Shown in pieces: positions 31,101-39,274 of a stretch of 64,000 bases of DNA (the first letter of the stretch is position 1; each line of letters begins with the position of its first letter). The notes beneath the pieces were generated by a model. The model was not told the DNA's origin, searched no databases, and worked only from the letters and a program-made list of their open reading frames with translations. The position numbers and the translations under genes are program-made. The stretch is taken from positions 1 to 64,000 of the IMG/VR virus record IMGVR_UViG_3300042387_000725. One strand, written 5' to 3'. This DNA comes from a virus.

Positions 31101-31762
31101 TTAATCGCTTGAGCTTCCATGTCCATAAAAGATTTTGCTGCTGCTGTTCCAACAGCCATAAGTGGAAGGGTAAAACCAACCATAAGCTGACGACCAGCCC
31201 ACTGAGTATTTTTACCAAAGTTAAGAAGGTTAGTAGAGCCCTGCTTCATTAGCTGATTAAAGAGTGCCTGCTTCTGTGCTGCTAACTGAACCTGTGTTGC
31301 ATAATCAGACATATCAAGCTTAGTAGGCATAATGGCCATTGCTTGCATTGCACCGTTTGTATCACGGCCCATCTTGATATACTGAGTTTGTAGCTTCTTT
31401 ACACGTTCTTCTGCTACCCTGCCAATTGTGTCAAACTCAGATTTAAATAGACGACCAAAGGTTTTAGTAGATGCTCCAGCATAACGGAAATACTCCCGCA
31501 TTGAGAACTTATTTTTTTCTAATGAATTTGTAAAAGATTCTGCAGAAGTTTTTACTGTTCGCATCTCAGCAGTGAGTCCACTGATTGCGTTAATACTATT
31601 TAAAAGATTTTTTTGCAAACCTCTTTGTGCGATAGCTGCAGATTCACTTGATTTGGCTACTGAGGTGTGGAACTGAGAGATTTGTCTTTGCAGTGACTTA
31701 AGTTGCGTCAGTGCATTAGACGAATCAATATTAATGTCAATATTAGCATTAACATCAGCCAT
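25145..31762 (-). CDS. Tape measure protein (2205 aa)
   Basis: Long Ala/Lys-rich helical protein with a TP901-type TMP core, hydrophobic segments, GPG..TSDSVP..ASNGE and GTDTVPAMLTPGEF motifs. Confidence 0.93.
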   Translation of the reverse strand: MADVNANIDINIDSSNALTQLKSLQRQISQFHTSVAKSSESAAIAQRGLQKNLLNSINAISGLTAEMRTVKTSAESFTNSLEKNKFSMREYFRYAGASTKTFGRLFKSEFDTIGRVAEERVKKLQTQYIKMGRDTNGAMQAMAIMPTKLDMSDYATQVQLAAQKQALFNQLMKQGSTNLLNFGKNTQWAGRQLMVGFTLPLMAVGTAAAKSFMDMEAQAIKFKKVYGDLFTPAEETEQALANITELGKQFTKYGVAVSTTVGLAADAAAAGFSGLDLQRQTTEATRLSILGQIESQQALETTISLQNAFGMSSAKLADSINFLNAVENQTVVSLDDITTAIPKVAPVIQQLGGDVKDLAFFMAAMKEGGINASEGANALKSGLASLINPTGKASAMLKSFGINATAIVENNKGDLKATVIEFANALNALDPLNRAQVIEQMFGKFQFARLSALFANVTKEGNQAARVLGLANSSVEELSSLSEKELGQTAESAMNKFKKTVEDLKVAIIPVGKAFLEAVTPIVEFVANILEKFANLSDGTKKVITLLTVGIGAVGPVLLMTFGLLANGVANIIKLFMTLRNGYQRLTGQSQILGEQTQYMTMEQLDAAAAAHSLNQTHATLTQTFTAEAAAIQKLIAAYSSAAVASANFARANPGMMMPGTGAKKFAQGGIISGPGGPTSDSVPIMASNGEAIISAEIVKKYPGIVEGLISGNIPGFKRAGIVGGDKAFRLQDSYELGHFAPAMKMTGSELLEFAKTQTQSVKDTINTLIASVQDGLEHAFDVFSNEVVVQSSDLNQAIGEVGSGKRASTELFKQEAVSGAGAYNAPLLVKMQEAGASPEELEIAVKDLAKEFEKGIDGLKDQTTVTAEEINKITQDAYDVVAKTNEQVRAAREELRKPGAMKEQFGAVKTGGRTQFRGAYNSSTNRRKVNKVVQEQLPGRFPTQQGGKFTTKAAQEAGMRDAAAIKEMYSKLSKETKKMLDAYVGDIKLMSKKVVEEARKAGIDVGQYTIEGIAIGAETKSPSKKAIKVGQDIGRGLEVGMDSKVDDVQRSGEQLGTAATGGTQSGVRKSGARRVSVPQGSPLSRGIAISDPALLSMAYQEDMMRSKVKEQATKMQVMNQRMDQLNKGLMGGTFALTSLAGAGSMFGGTMGTVSQQVMKFSGLLFGLMSVTQLLTQTKMAELVATRLSIASSAMKMAKGGGGIAAMPGLVGKSGLMGNIARLGLGITKFLGPIGLATTAVVAAYGAFKFLKHRSDQAAFAAEGLAKAMTLSKDKVKILADLLGQTPTARAGSGARVSANQLDAKEQTAVDELRSSQEFLDKYKNEIKAIKQATVGEAEIAFNAIALDLSGQGFTDEAIKTYIDALGEEAGKTDVALKFKKIDLTSESGKKAVVDLAKDVTKGLNKAFKGKIIPLPISDNMTAGATATSKMELTKEQQKQLNISSAALANTFAGLTTAFGNQTIKADEYNKKMAEISNTIPQGTVGMMLMDKIMTNLNPEFAKAAAGITDYDTKMLLLRASLVNASVAQSIFTDLMSKNPAKIAAAKAELEKYRLVTDAIASQVVATKPFETTNTTTKEKSPFQLAIEQLKQQRKEMVGTTKAYSTLRNAGVAAGKAFAIAKDPILAAGINSTKVGTKKWKELIKLIKETDAALVKSKLTELRADRDYTRQFTAIVPVLKDLGLNAEEIKNIFDDPSFAQQFIKNVKNGKLQAEDLNKIITVTMQDRTAKLDFETSLQTEEEKFKSLVERTSALIALREKLIDIDFAPKLKKENDALKSQEDSLQSINDKIDEVTKSQLDPLRARIDANSFALEAISRQEDIVNEKYDTQIAALEKIETINQDIANVQKQRMTIADAITRGDISAAAAAVQEARDQQAQSALAGLKNGLTASRDATIAGLGRNKLEKENKDLQYQISVIENTTLLTLEAQKKTIEGQIEATQRKIAALESEAQKLKDGAIYAGQTKQQIADQEELIGLADAAGIKYNSTLIKQLANAEGIAAAIASLDREVTTVHNVVTNSSGTSSGTTSGTSGSNSQFGSNTPWAQAAAALSKPKSGTSGNNSQFGSNTPWALAAASSKVGKMSRGGLVPKYFAAGGFARGTDTVPAMLTPGEFIVNKYAASAAGPMLQSLNESKYPSMLGGPRSINVPVLNNSTSMDNSSTAVYNYTLGFNINGSSSNANDIARSVMKEIKNIDSQRIRGRSI

Positions 31763-31784
31763 TTAGTTCCACACCTCTTTTAAG

Positions 31785-32114
31785 TTATTCAGCCATAGTT
31801 ACGCCAAGAACGTCTGAAACTTCAGCAAGTTTAATTCCTGATGCTGCTTCTACGATCTTGTAAACTGTTGGAAGATCTACGATTTCCTCAAGTTTTTCTA
31901 CGTCTTCTGAGAGTTCTGGCTTGTACTGCTTCATTGCAATCTGAACACATTCCATAAGAATGTCCATAGACTTTTCATTGTTTTCCGCCACTGCTCCCAC
32001 ACCCTCAAACTTCTTCATAAACGGACGAAGTAGAGAGATTTTTAGAGGACGTACTGTAATTTTTGTGCCATCAATTAACGTGAGGGTCGTGCCCTCATGT
32101 GTAGTTGTTGCCAT
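31785..32114 (-). CDS. Tail assembly chaperone, G-like (short paralog)
   Basis: Between tail tube and TMP; aligns along its length with the N-terminal half of 32164-32856; AGGAGG RBS. Confidence 0.75.
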   Translation of the reverse strand: MATTTHEGTTLTLIDGTKITVRPLKISLLRPFMKKFEGVGAVAENNEKSMDILMECVQIAMKQYKPELSEDVEKLEEIVDLPTVYKIVEAASGIKLAEVSDVLGVTMAE

Positions 32115-32140
32115 TGTTCCTCCTATATAGGTTAATGTTA

Positions 32141-32149
32141 ATTATAGCA
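32141..32149 (-). promoter_or_regulatory. Extended -10 promoter TGCTATAAT
   Basis: In the 49-nt gap between the two chaperone genes. Confidence 0.65.
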
Positions 32150-32163
32150 CGTTCAGGCTTATT

Positions 32164-32856
32164 TTAAGTTAAATTCTCATACTCTAGGCCAAGTCCAATT
32201 CCAAACCCTGCTTTTTCAGCATTATATCCCTGCAATGCTAAAATATCATTACTGTCTCCAGTTGCACCACGACTAAATACTCTAGCCTTCATGTCTTCCC
32301 ACTCTTTTTGTCCTTTGCCAGATTCAGAGTTAGATTCTAGGTCAACTCCTTGAATAGCAGCCAAAAACTTTTTCTCTTCGTAATCTAGTTCTCTTTTACT
32401 TGATAACGTAATCATTAACTCTGGCATAGACAAAGACTCTTCTAGTTCTTTATAATCTTTCCATATTCCCAGCAAAAATACTTCAGATTCAATTTTTGCT
32501 AAGTCTAAATCAAGCCAGGATGACCCACTATCTGTTGCTTGATCCTTTACGGGTTCTTCTGACTTTTGATTTATTTTTATGCCTGCAGATACATCTAAAA
32601 CCTTATATATGGTTGGCATATCAATGTTATCTTCTATATCTGATTTATTTTTAGATATTTGTGGATAAAACTGTTTCATTGCTATTCTTACGCATTCAAC
32701 TAAAAAATCAATTGCCTCATCATCATTTTTAGATTTTTTTACATCTTCAAATGATTCCATGAATTCACGTAAATATTTTATTTTTAATGGAACTATTTCC
32801 AATTCTGTTCCATCAATTAGTTTTACATTTTTGCTTTGATATACAGTTGTTGCCAT
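32164..32856 (-). CDS. Tail assembly chaperone, GT-like (G domain + T-like extension)
   Basis: N-terminal half is paralogous to 31785-32114; C-terminal half has W.DY.ELEESLSMPEL, like T-type chaperone segments. Confidence 0.7.
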   Translation of the reverse strand: MATTVYQSKNVKLIDGTELEIVPLKIKYLREFMESFEDVKKSKNDDEAIDFLVECVRIAMKQFYPQISKNKSDIEDNIDMPTIYKVLDVSAGIKINQKSEEPVKDQATDSGSSWLDLDLAKIESEVFLLGIWKDYKELEESLSMPELMITLSSKRELDYEEKKFLAAIQGVDLESNSESGKGQKEWEDMKARVFSRGATGDSNDILALQGYNAEKAGFGIGLGLEYENLT

Positions 32857-32865
32857 AATCTTTCT

Positions 32866-32874
32866 ATTCTATCA
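32866..32874 (-). promoter_or_regulatory. Extended -10 promoter TGATAGAAT (near-leaderless)
   Basis: Between the terminator and the ATG at 32856 (9-nt gap, no SD). Confidence 0.55.
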
Positions 32875-32881
32875 CAAAAAC

Positions 32882-32907
32882 AAAAAACCCACCTAGTTAA
32901 AGGTGGG
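32882..32907 (-). terminator. Rho-independent terminator after the tail tube gene
   Basis: Minus strand CCCACCT-TTAACT-AGGTGGG-TTTTTT. Confidence 0.85.
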
Positions 32908-32931
32908 CCTTTGTATTAATCTAATTATAGA

Positions 32932-33573
32932 TTATGACTGTCCGTATGTGCGATCTACGATCTTACCATATGAACCAGATGTATCCTCTGGAAGAAGACG
33001 GAAAGAAACTTCAAACATTGAAGCCTCATCACGCTTTGCAGATACTGTAACATTCTCAATTGAGAGTGCACGGTAAGCAGTGTAAACACGCTCTACTGTG
33101 TCAGCTGTTAGAGGATTACCTGTTCCTGGACCAACTGCTACGATACCACGCTCTACAGGAACGTCGCCAATATCTCCAGCGGAAAGATTTAGTTCCCGTC
33201 CTGTAGATGCTGCCTTGTTTCCTGAGATTTCTTCTTCTTGGTATGCCAATGCAACAAGTAGGTTTTCAAGTGTTGCTTCAGCAAATGCTGTTGCCATATT
33301 AACTTGCATACCCTGCTTGTATAGTCTTGCAACGTCAAGAATCTGATCTACCTGAACTTCACCAAAATCTGGCTGGAACTGTAGTTCCAAACCATTCATT
33401 GTGTATCCTACGTTAGTGTAGGAATTTGATGCTGGTGATGTTGAGAGTGTATCCTTAAAAGATTCACTTGAATCAAAATCTTCAATAGTTGCAGGAGTTA
33501 GTGTTGTATCAGCAATAAAAAGTGCTGCTGCTCCAACAATGATGTTATTTGATGTACCACGGCTATATGCCAT
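32932..33573 (-). CDS. Major tail tube protein
   Basis: NIIVGAA.LF, VGYT..G, AEATLENL, F.V.FR motifs; strong AAGGAG RBS; followed by a terminator. Confidence 0.85.
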   Translation of the reverse strand: MAYSRGTSNNIIVGAAALFIADTTLTPATIEDFDSSESFKDTLSTSPASNSYTNVGYTMNGLELQFQPDFGEVQVDQILDVARLYKQGMQVNMATAFAEATLENLLVALAYQEEEISGNKAASTGRELNLSAGDIGDVPVERGIVAVGPGTGNPLTADTVERVYTAYRALSIENVTVSAKRDEASMFEVSFRLLPEDTSGSYGKIVDRTYGQS

Positions 33574-33655
33574 ATTTTATCTCCTTTATGAAAGTTATAT
33601 TAAGTTGTCTTGCAATGTACGGCGTTTGTTTCCTCAGACTAAATTATACAGCCTT

Positions 33656-34201
33656 TTATGTATATCTAGAATTTGGCTCAGTTTTGACGTGATAGTCATA
33701 TTCTACAATAATCTTATTTACAAATAATGTTCTTGCTGAGGCTAGTTCTGCCACATCCCTGCTCTCGTCTGCCTGATATACCCTTGTATTATGGAAAAAA
33801 ATGTTAGGGGATTCAAGATTTGCTATGGACCAAGAATTGACATCTTGGGCTGAAGAGTCTTCACGATCTAAGGCGCTTGATATTACTCTTACTGAGTCTA
33901 TGAGCTTAGCCACATCTGTAGAGTAAATAAAATATATCAACTGCTCTCTTTTGTGAGCATAAAATGGTGTTGGACGAAATCTCATCAGTCTGTCATAAAC
34001 TATTAGTATAGGGCTATCTGTTTGTCTAATTGAAACGTTGTCATTATATAAGTCTTCAATATTGGTTGGAAATTGTGCAGGAACCATTGGGCTAGGACTG
34101 AGTAAATCGGCATCCGCAACTAATCCATGGAATGCTAGTTCTGAAAGAATGTATCCGTTTATTAGTGCTGGTGGAAATCCAGTATCTGTTGCTATAGTCA
34201 T
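33656..34201 (-). CDS. Putative tail terminator
   Basis: Position directly upstream of the tail tube gene; size. Confidence 0.55.
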   Translation of the reverse strand: MTIATDTGFPPALINGYILSELAFHGLVADADLLSPSPMVPAQFPTNIEDLYNDNVSIRQTDSPILIVYDRLMRFRPTPFYAHKREQLIYFIYSTDVAKLIDSVRVISSALDREDSSAQDVNSWSIANLESPNIFFHNTRVYQADESRDVAELASARTLFVNKIIVEYDYHVKTEPNSRYT

Positions 34202-34205
34202 AATG

Positions 34206-34883
34206 TTATTCTACACCAATTGTTGCATTTGTTATCCACTTAAACCCTGTTTCAACACCCTTGCTTTTACCCATTCTTGAACCAGCCTTAAAGTTATTTT
34301 TATAAATAGTTGGCTTTTTAATATAGTCATATAGCCCTGAAGCTTTTAAAAATGATTGTTTAAAGTATCTACTCATAAACTCATCAACTGCTGACTCAAA
34401 GCTCCCATAAACTTCATTTCCTCCAGGAGATTCTACAGTTATTGGCCTTCTTGTAAACACCTCTCCACTTGGACCGTTAAATCTTAACACACCTGATCTT
34501 TTTGGAGAAATAGTAACTGGTATTCCTTCTTCCATAATTTTTGCTTTATTATAAAATGGTGTATTCATATTTTCTGAAACACTTCTTGATTGAGTAAAAG
34601 TAGAATTAACTGAAAGCCCCAGGTTGCTAACTTTATGCGTTAAATTAAATAGTCTTGATCCTGGACTACCAGTTTTATTCCATTCATAAACGTGATGCAA
34701 GGCGTTTGGATTTGATCTTGCTTGGACATCAACATATTGACCTAAAGCTTCAATAACTCCTATGCCTAATTTATTAAAGAATATTTTTTTGCCACGTTCT
34801 ACTCCATCTAAAAAACCAAAAGAATAATTTACTATATTATTTAGTTGAGCATTAATTGATCTAGAGTTGGCTGTAATTATCAT
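34206..34883 (-). CDS. Putative neck / tail-completion protein
   Basis: Synteny; LHHVYEW...RLF and KA.IME.G motifs. Confidence 0.55.
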   Translation of the reverse strand: MIITANSRSINAQLNNIVNYSFGFLDGVERGKKIFFNKLGIGVIEALGQYVDVQARSNPNALHHVYEWNKTGSPGSRLFNLTHKVSNLGLSVNSTFTQSRSVSENMNTPFYNKAKIMEEGIPVTISPKRSGVLRFNGPSGEVFTRRPITVESPGGNEVYGSFESAVDEFMSRYFKQSFLKASGLYDYIKKPTIYKNNFKAGSRMGKSKGVETGFKWITNATIGVE

Positions 34884-35332
34884 TAGTCGCCTACCGTTTG
34901 ATTTTCGGTTCTGCGCCAAAGCATTTTATAATATTCTATTGAACCAAAGGCACCAGTAAACGGTTCTACTGTTGCTATTTCATAGATTGTTCCTCTGCCA
35001 GATCTTGGTCCAGCAGTTTCTATATAAATTATGCGATCACTTGAATCTCTTATGTTTGTTATTAATATATTGGTAATAGCATTACCTGAGTTGTTTGATG
35101 AAAATCTTGGGTCATTCTGTGTTCTTGCAATAAGTTTATTTTCATACTGTAAAAAGGTTTCTGGCTTAATGTCTTCACTTCCTGCTCCACCAACAGATGT
35201 AGCATTGCATGCAATTGTTCTATCAAATACCCAATCTTTTTTAGGCTGTCCATATTCACCTTGTGTGATTATTGGAAAGTATATGTCTGCTTTCATTGGA
35301 AACATAAAAGTTGTAGTATCACAAGTCATCAC
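34883..35332 (-). CDS. Putative head-closure (stopper) protein
   Basis: Synteny; beta-rich, 149 aa, YG...K.W. Confidence 0.55.
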   Translation of the reverse strand: MMTCDTTTFMFPMKADIYFPIITQGEYGQPKKDWVFDRTIACNATSVGGAGSEDIKPETFLQYENKLIARTQNDPRFSSNNSGNAITNILITNIRDSSDRIIYIETAGPRSGRGTIYEIATVEPFTGAFGSIEYYKMLWRRTENQTVGD

Positions 35333-36318
35333 TATAAAACTCCAGGACGAACTATGTTGTTTACATACTTAGACAAAATCTTGTCTACAATAATGTTTCC
35401 AGTACCTTCCATCATTCTCTTGTCATATTCAATCTTAAACTGATCTGTACTATAGTTCTTAACATATCTCTTGTAATAGTCTAATTTTCCACATTTAATG
35501 TCATCAATTAAAAGTGCTGTTGCATCTTGAATATCAATAGGTACCACTGGATATCCAACCTCTAGCAAAAATACATAGTCTGCTCCTGAAGGAAATCCAA
35601 CCCCTGGAGTTATTGTTTGAGTATTTCCACTGTCTTCTGTGTCAAATATTCCATAGGAGTCTGAACTACCTAGAGGAATTCTAAGTGGGCTTCTCTCTGC
35701 TCTATTAATTGAATCTATTGCTGTTACTGGATCTTTTGTTATTGCTGACTTATCAGTAGTTATAATATAGTTGTATTCCCCAAGTATTGGGCCATCAGGA
35801 TTTGCTATGTCATAAACTAGTTTTGAATTTTCATATGCTCTAACAATTTTATGTGTTCTATCCCAAAGAGGTATGTAGTCTGTTTGTTGTCCAACAACCT
35901 CTAAAAATTTTCTAGAATAATAAAAACCACCAACAATTGAATCAATAATTGCTCTAGCTAAAGATTCATGTTGTGTATATTCTTTTATTTCTGTAGCACT
36001 AGTTCCAAGTGTATTTGGATTAACGTATGGTCTTTCAATCTGTAGGTTATCTTCAACAACAATGTTTCCACGATCTGCTAATACATTTCCACTTTCCATC
36101 AAATCTTCATATATCTTTACAGAGTATGACTTATCATATTTAACAAAATCTTCTCCAAGAGAATATACTATCTTGGCATTAGAGTTAGAGGTTACATACT
36201 CAACTAACTCTGACTGTTCTAGAACGTCATCAATAACTAGTATGTATCCTGTGTTAGCCTCTGGGACATTATATGTAACAGAAAGGGGATATGGTGGAAG
36301 ACGAAGAATTACTGACAT
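35332..36318 (-). CDS. Head-tail adaptor/connector protein
   Basis: AR.IID...GY..VP.DI..A...L and TGN..VD.IL..Y motifs of gp15/gp6-like adaptors. Confidence 0.7.
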   Translation of the reverse strand: MSVILRLPPYPLSVTYNVPEANTGYILVIDDVLEQSELVEYVTSNSNAKIVYSLGEDFVKYDKSYSVKIYEDLMESGNVLADRGNIVVEDNLQIERPYVNPNTLGTSATEIKEYTQHESLARAIIDSIVGGFYYSRKFLEVVGQQTDYIPLWDRTHKIVRAYENSKLVYDIANPDGPILGEYNYIITTDKSAITKDPVTAIDSINRAERSPLRIPLGSSDSYGIFDTEDSGNTQTITPGVGFPSGADYVFLLEVGYPVVPIDIQDATALLIDDIKCGKLDYYKRYVKNYSTDQFKIEYDKRMMEGTGNIIVDKILSKYVNNIVRPGVL

Positions 36319-36671
36319 TATTGTTTACCGTAGTATGAGGCTACTTCTTCAGGTGGTGCTATTCTGACCAACCTGTGGGATAACCACTTTTCCGATGCCT
36401 CCTTTGAGACGATGTTATATCCTACCTTTAAAGCCCCTAGATTATCCATGTGTAGGTTTCTATCTGAATATAGGGCTACTTTATCTGTCAAGTCACTTGA
36501 CTTGCCTGCTTTTTCTACTACCTCTTTTGGTTTTGGTGGAATCCAACTAGCCAAAATCTCTAAAATCTCAAGTTTAGTATTTGCTTCAAATAGTTCAATA
36601 TTATTTTTCTTTGCATATGCTTTAAGTGCCATGACAGTTTTGCCTGATAATTCTTCTATTGTTAGAGTCAT
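36318..36671 (-). CDS. Rho-N/HeH-like domain protein
   Basis: LSGKTVMALKAYAKKNNI......KLEILEIL helix-extended-helix pattern; own promoter at 36694-36702. Confidence 0.6.
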   Translation of the reverse strand: MTLTIEELSGKTVMALKAYAKKNNIELFEANTKLEILEILASWIPPKPKEVVEKAGKSSDLTDKVALYSDRNLHMDNLGALKVGYNIVSKEASEKWLSHRLVRIAPPEEVASYYGKQ

Positions 36672-36705
36672 AATTCTCCTATCCTCATTTGTAATTATAC
36701 CAGAA

Positions 36706-36740
36706 TAAAGAAAAAGGAGGGCAGCTTTAAACTGCCCTCC
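36706..36740 (-). terminator. Rho-independent terminator after the capsid gene
   Basis: Minus strand GGAGGGCAG-TTTAAAG-CTGCCCTCC-TTTTTCTTT. Confidence 0.88.
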
Positions 36741-36759
36741 CTTATACTTATTTTAGGAA

Positions 36760-37911
36760 TTATGAGTCTGCAGAGTCTGCATCAACGAATGCAACTGCAT
36801 CTAGCTCTTCCCATTGTGTACCAAAACGTACGAAGACTGTGTATTCTACAGTATCCTTCTTTGGCTTGTATTCACGGTTAACAGTGATGTCACGCTGGAA
36901 GCCCCATACACGGTTCTGTGGGAATGTAAGATCTACATATCCTGCAGGGTAGTAAGGAACTTCAAGAACATCTACTCCTAGTACACGAGTTGTGCGTGTG
37001 TTTCCGAGAGTCTGTGCTGTTCCATCAAGGTATGCCTGACGGTTTGCCTGTGTGCTTCCTGGAGTCTGTCCAGCAAGTGCTTCTGCTACTGCATCAGCCA
37101 ATGTACCGTTATTCTTTACGATACCAGCGAATGCATCAGTACCTGCGTAGAACTTAAGGTTTGACTTAAGTGCACGGTACTTACGTGGCATTGCCAAAAG
37201 CAATCCCTGCATAACAGATGTTGTAAACTCATTGTTTGCAACTGTTGCAGCATACTCGTGTGCGTCGCTTCCGACTGTTCCACGTGTCTGCTTGATAAAT
37301 CCAGGCATGATTGAAAGGAATGCGTTATCTCCTGAGCCTACACCGTTAATAGCAAGGTCTTCAAGGTCATTAGCAAAAGCATTTGTCATCAAGCGAACTA
37401 GACGATCTTCAAGGGCTGCACCCTCAATGTTATCTTCTAGTGATTCTGTAGCAACTTCCCAGTCAAGACGAATCTTTTTGGTTGTAAGTTCTACCTTTGT
37501 AAATGTTGCGCCAACGTTGGTGTAATCTGGTGCTCCCTGTGCTGCTGCACGAATAACACGCTCTCCAACGTTTACCTTCTCAATTTCCATTGTGTTGGCT
37601 CGCATTGTAACTCTACGTCCATCTTTAGCGAGAACGGTTGCGTCCCACACGTAATCAATAAAACGACGTGCCTGCTCAGGTGCTAGAATACCACCAGCGA
37701 CTCCAGTCGGATTTACTGCGTTTGGGCCAGATGTTGATCCAAATGCTGCTGTAGCAGTGTTACCTAGCTGATCTCCAACAGACTGTGCTGCAGAGTCCAA
37801 ACCAGTTGCACCACCAATACCTCCAGATACGAATGCACCCTGAGAGTTAATCTCATTGCCTGCTCCGCCTGATCCTGGATAGTTTTTTTCTATATTTGTT
37901 GATTCTGACAT
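36760..37911 (-). CDS. Major capsid protein (HK97 fold)
   Basis: GGIL.PEQARRFID, ESLEDNIEG, FANDLEDLAING; AGGAGGTG RBS; followed by a terminator. Confidence 0.92.
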   Translation of the reverse strand: MSESTNIEKNYPGSGGAGNEINSQGAFVSGGIGGATGLDSAAQSVGDQLGNTATAAFGSTSGPNAVNPTGVAGGILAPEQARRFIDYVWDATVLAKDGRRVTMRANTMEIEKVNVGERVIRAAAQGAPDYTNVGATFTKVELTTKKIRLDWEVATESLEDNIEGAALEDRLVRLMTNAFANDLEDLAINGVGSGDNAFLSIMPGFIKQTRGTVGSDAHEYAATVANNEFTTSVMQGLLLAMPRKYRALKSNLKFYAGTDAFAGIVKNNGTLADAVAEALAGQTPGSTQANRQAYLDGTAQTLGNTRTTRVLGVDVLEVPYYPAGYVDLTFPQNRVWGFQRDITVNREYKPKKDTVEYTVFVRFGTQWEELDAVAFVDADSADS

Positions 37912-37938
37912 ATTGTTCACCTCCTAGTGATATATACC

Positions 37939-39234
37939 TTAGTTAAATAGGTCGGAATTTGTGAGGAAACGTCCGCCCCATAGGGATTTTTGAATCACTT
38001 CTGGTGATTCCTGAACGATCTCGCCTAGATCGCCAGACTTTCGGAAAGCAGTATCTGCTTCTACAGCATCTACTCTCTTTCCAAACTCATTAAATGTCCC
38101 CTTAGCATCGGCAACTTCTGCCTTAACTGTTTCTAGAGACTTTGTTAGTGCTGCTACCTGGTCATTAATAGACTTAACGGTTGCAGCTAGATCGCCAAAG
38201 GCATTAGTAAGAGAAGAATTAATTTCTGAAATTGCTTTTGCAAACTCTTCATTAACTTGAATAGCAGCTGCTGCCACTACTTCTTCTGCTTTCTGTACTT
38301 CAACTGCTGCTTCTGCAACAGAAGAATCTGCACCACCGTCAACTGATTTTTCAACTGCTGACTCTTCAGCAACTGTTTCAGCAACTACAGGTGTTTCAAC
38401 AACATCTGCTGGTTGTGCCTCTGGAGCAACCTCTGCAACTTCAACTGCAACATCTGCTGTTGCTTCTGTTGATTCTGTCATTTGATTTACCTCCTTAGTA
38501 ATCTTAATTGTACTAATGCCTTTAGCACTATCAACTAAGAATTTTATCATTTGTGTTTTTTCAGTATCTGCTTTTTCAACAAAACCTATATTTGACATTG
38601 GGTCTCCAGTTATAGGACTAATCTCTGATTCGTTTTCAGATGCAATAACTATTCCTGACTCCTTGTCATAAAAAATATTCTCTAAGACTGTTTCGTCTCC
38701 CTTAATAATATCTACTCCATCAACCTTTTCAATAGACATGATATTTGCAAACTGATTTGCTGGAGAGTCTACAAGACTTAGTTCAACTAAATCGTACTGC
38801 TTAATTACTCTAATTTTTTTATCTGCTTTTTCATCATAGGCATCATCCCACTTATTCATTCTTCCCCCAATTGAAAAACCAGTCAAAGTTCCATCAAGAA
38901 CTTTTTCCCATGTATCTTGTGCACCCTTTGAAACATATGCTGATACAAAAACGCCCTTATAAAACTTCTTTGATTCTGGATCAAAATATTTATCTTCTTT
39001 AAAATCTACCATTTTGCCAACTGCTAATGGTTGGTGCATCTCTCTTATGTTGCCACGGAACTTTGCAAATGCATCCATAGACGCTTCAGCTGTTACAATG
39101 TCGTCTTGCTTATCTAGGTTGTCAAGTGATGCAAACCCTGATACAATACGACGTTCTTTGTCTACTTTTGTGAGTGGCATAGATAAGCGAACGGTGTCGC
39201 CTTCTGTTACCCAATGAGCTTTATTTATCAACAT
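37939..39234 (-). CDS. Prohead protease fused to scaffold
   Basis: VSGFAS...D.Q.D, REMH, GFSIGG, ELSLVDSPAN (HK97-type protease), then an acidic Ala/Glu/Val-rich region and coiled coil; internal AAGGAGG + ATG (MTES, ~38481) suggests a nested scaffold start. Confidence 0.88.
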   Translation of the reverse strand: MLINKAHWVTEGDTVRLSMPLTKVDKERRIVSGFASLDNLDKQDDIVTAEASMDAFAKFRGNIREMHQPLAVGKMVDFKEDKYFDPESKKFYKGVFVSAYVSKGAQDTWEKVLDGTLTGFSIGGRMNKWDDAYDEKADKKIRVIKQYDLVELSLVDSPANQFANIMSIEKVDGVDIIKGDETVLENIFYDKESGIVIASENESEISPITGDPMSNIGFVEKADTEKTQMIKFLVDSAKGISTIKITKEVNQMTESTEATADVAVEVAEVAPEAQPADVVETPVVAETVAEESAVEKSVDGGADSSVAEAAVEVQKAEEVVAAAAIQVNEEFAKAISEINSSLTNAFGDLAATVKSINDQVAALTKSLETVKAEVADAKGTFNEFGKRVDAVEADTAFRKSGDLGEIVQESPEVIQKSLWGGRFLTNSDLFN

Positions 39235-39274
39235 AGCCTTTCTATTATATCATTATGTTTATAGTTTTTCTCAA

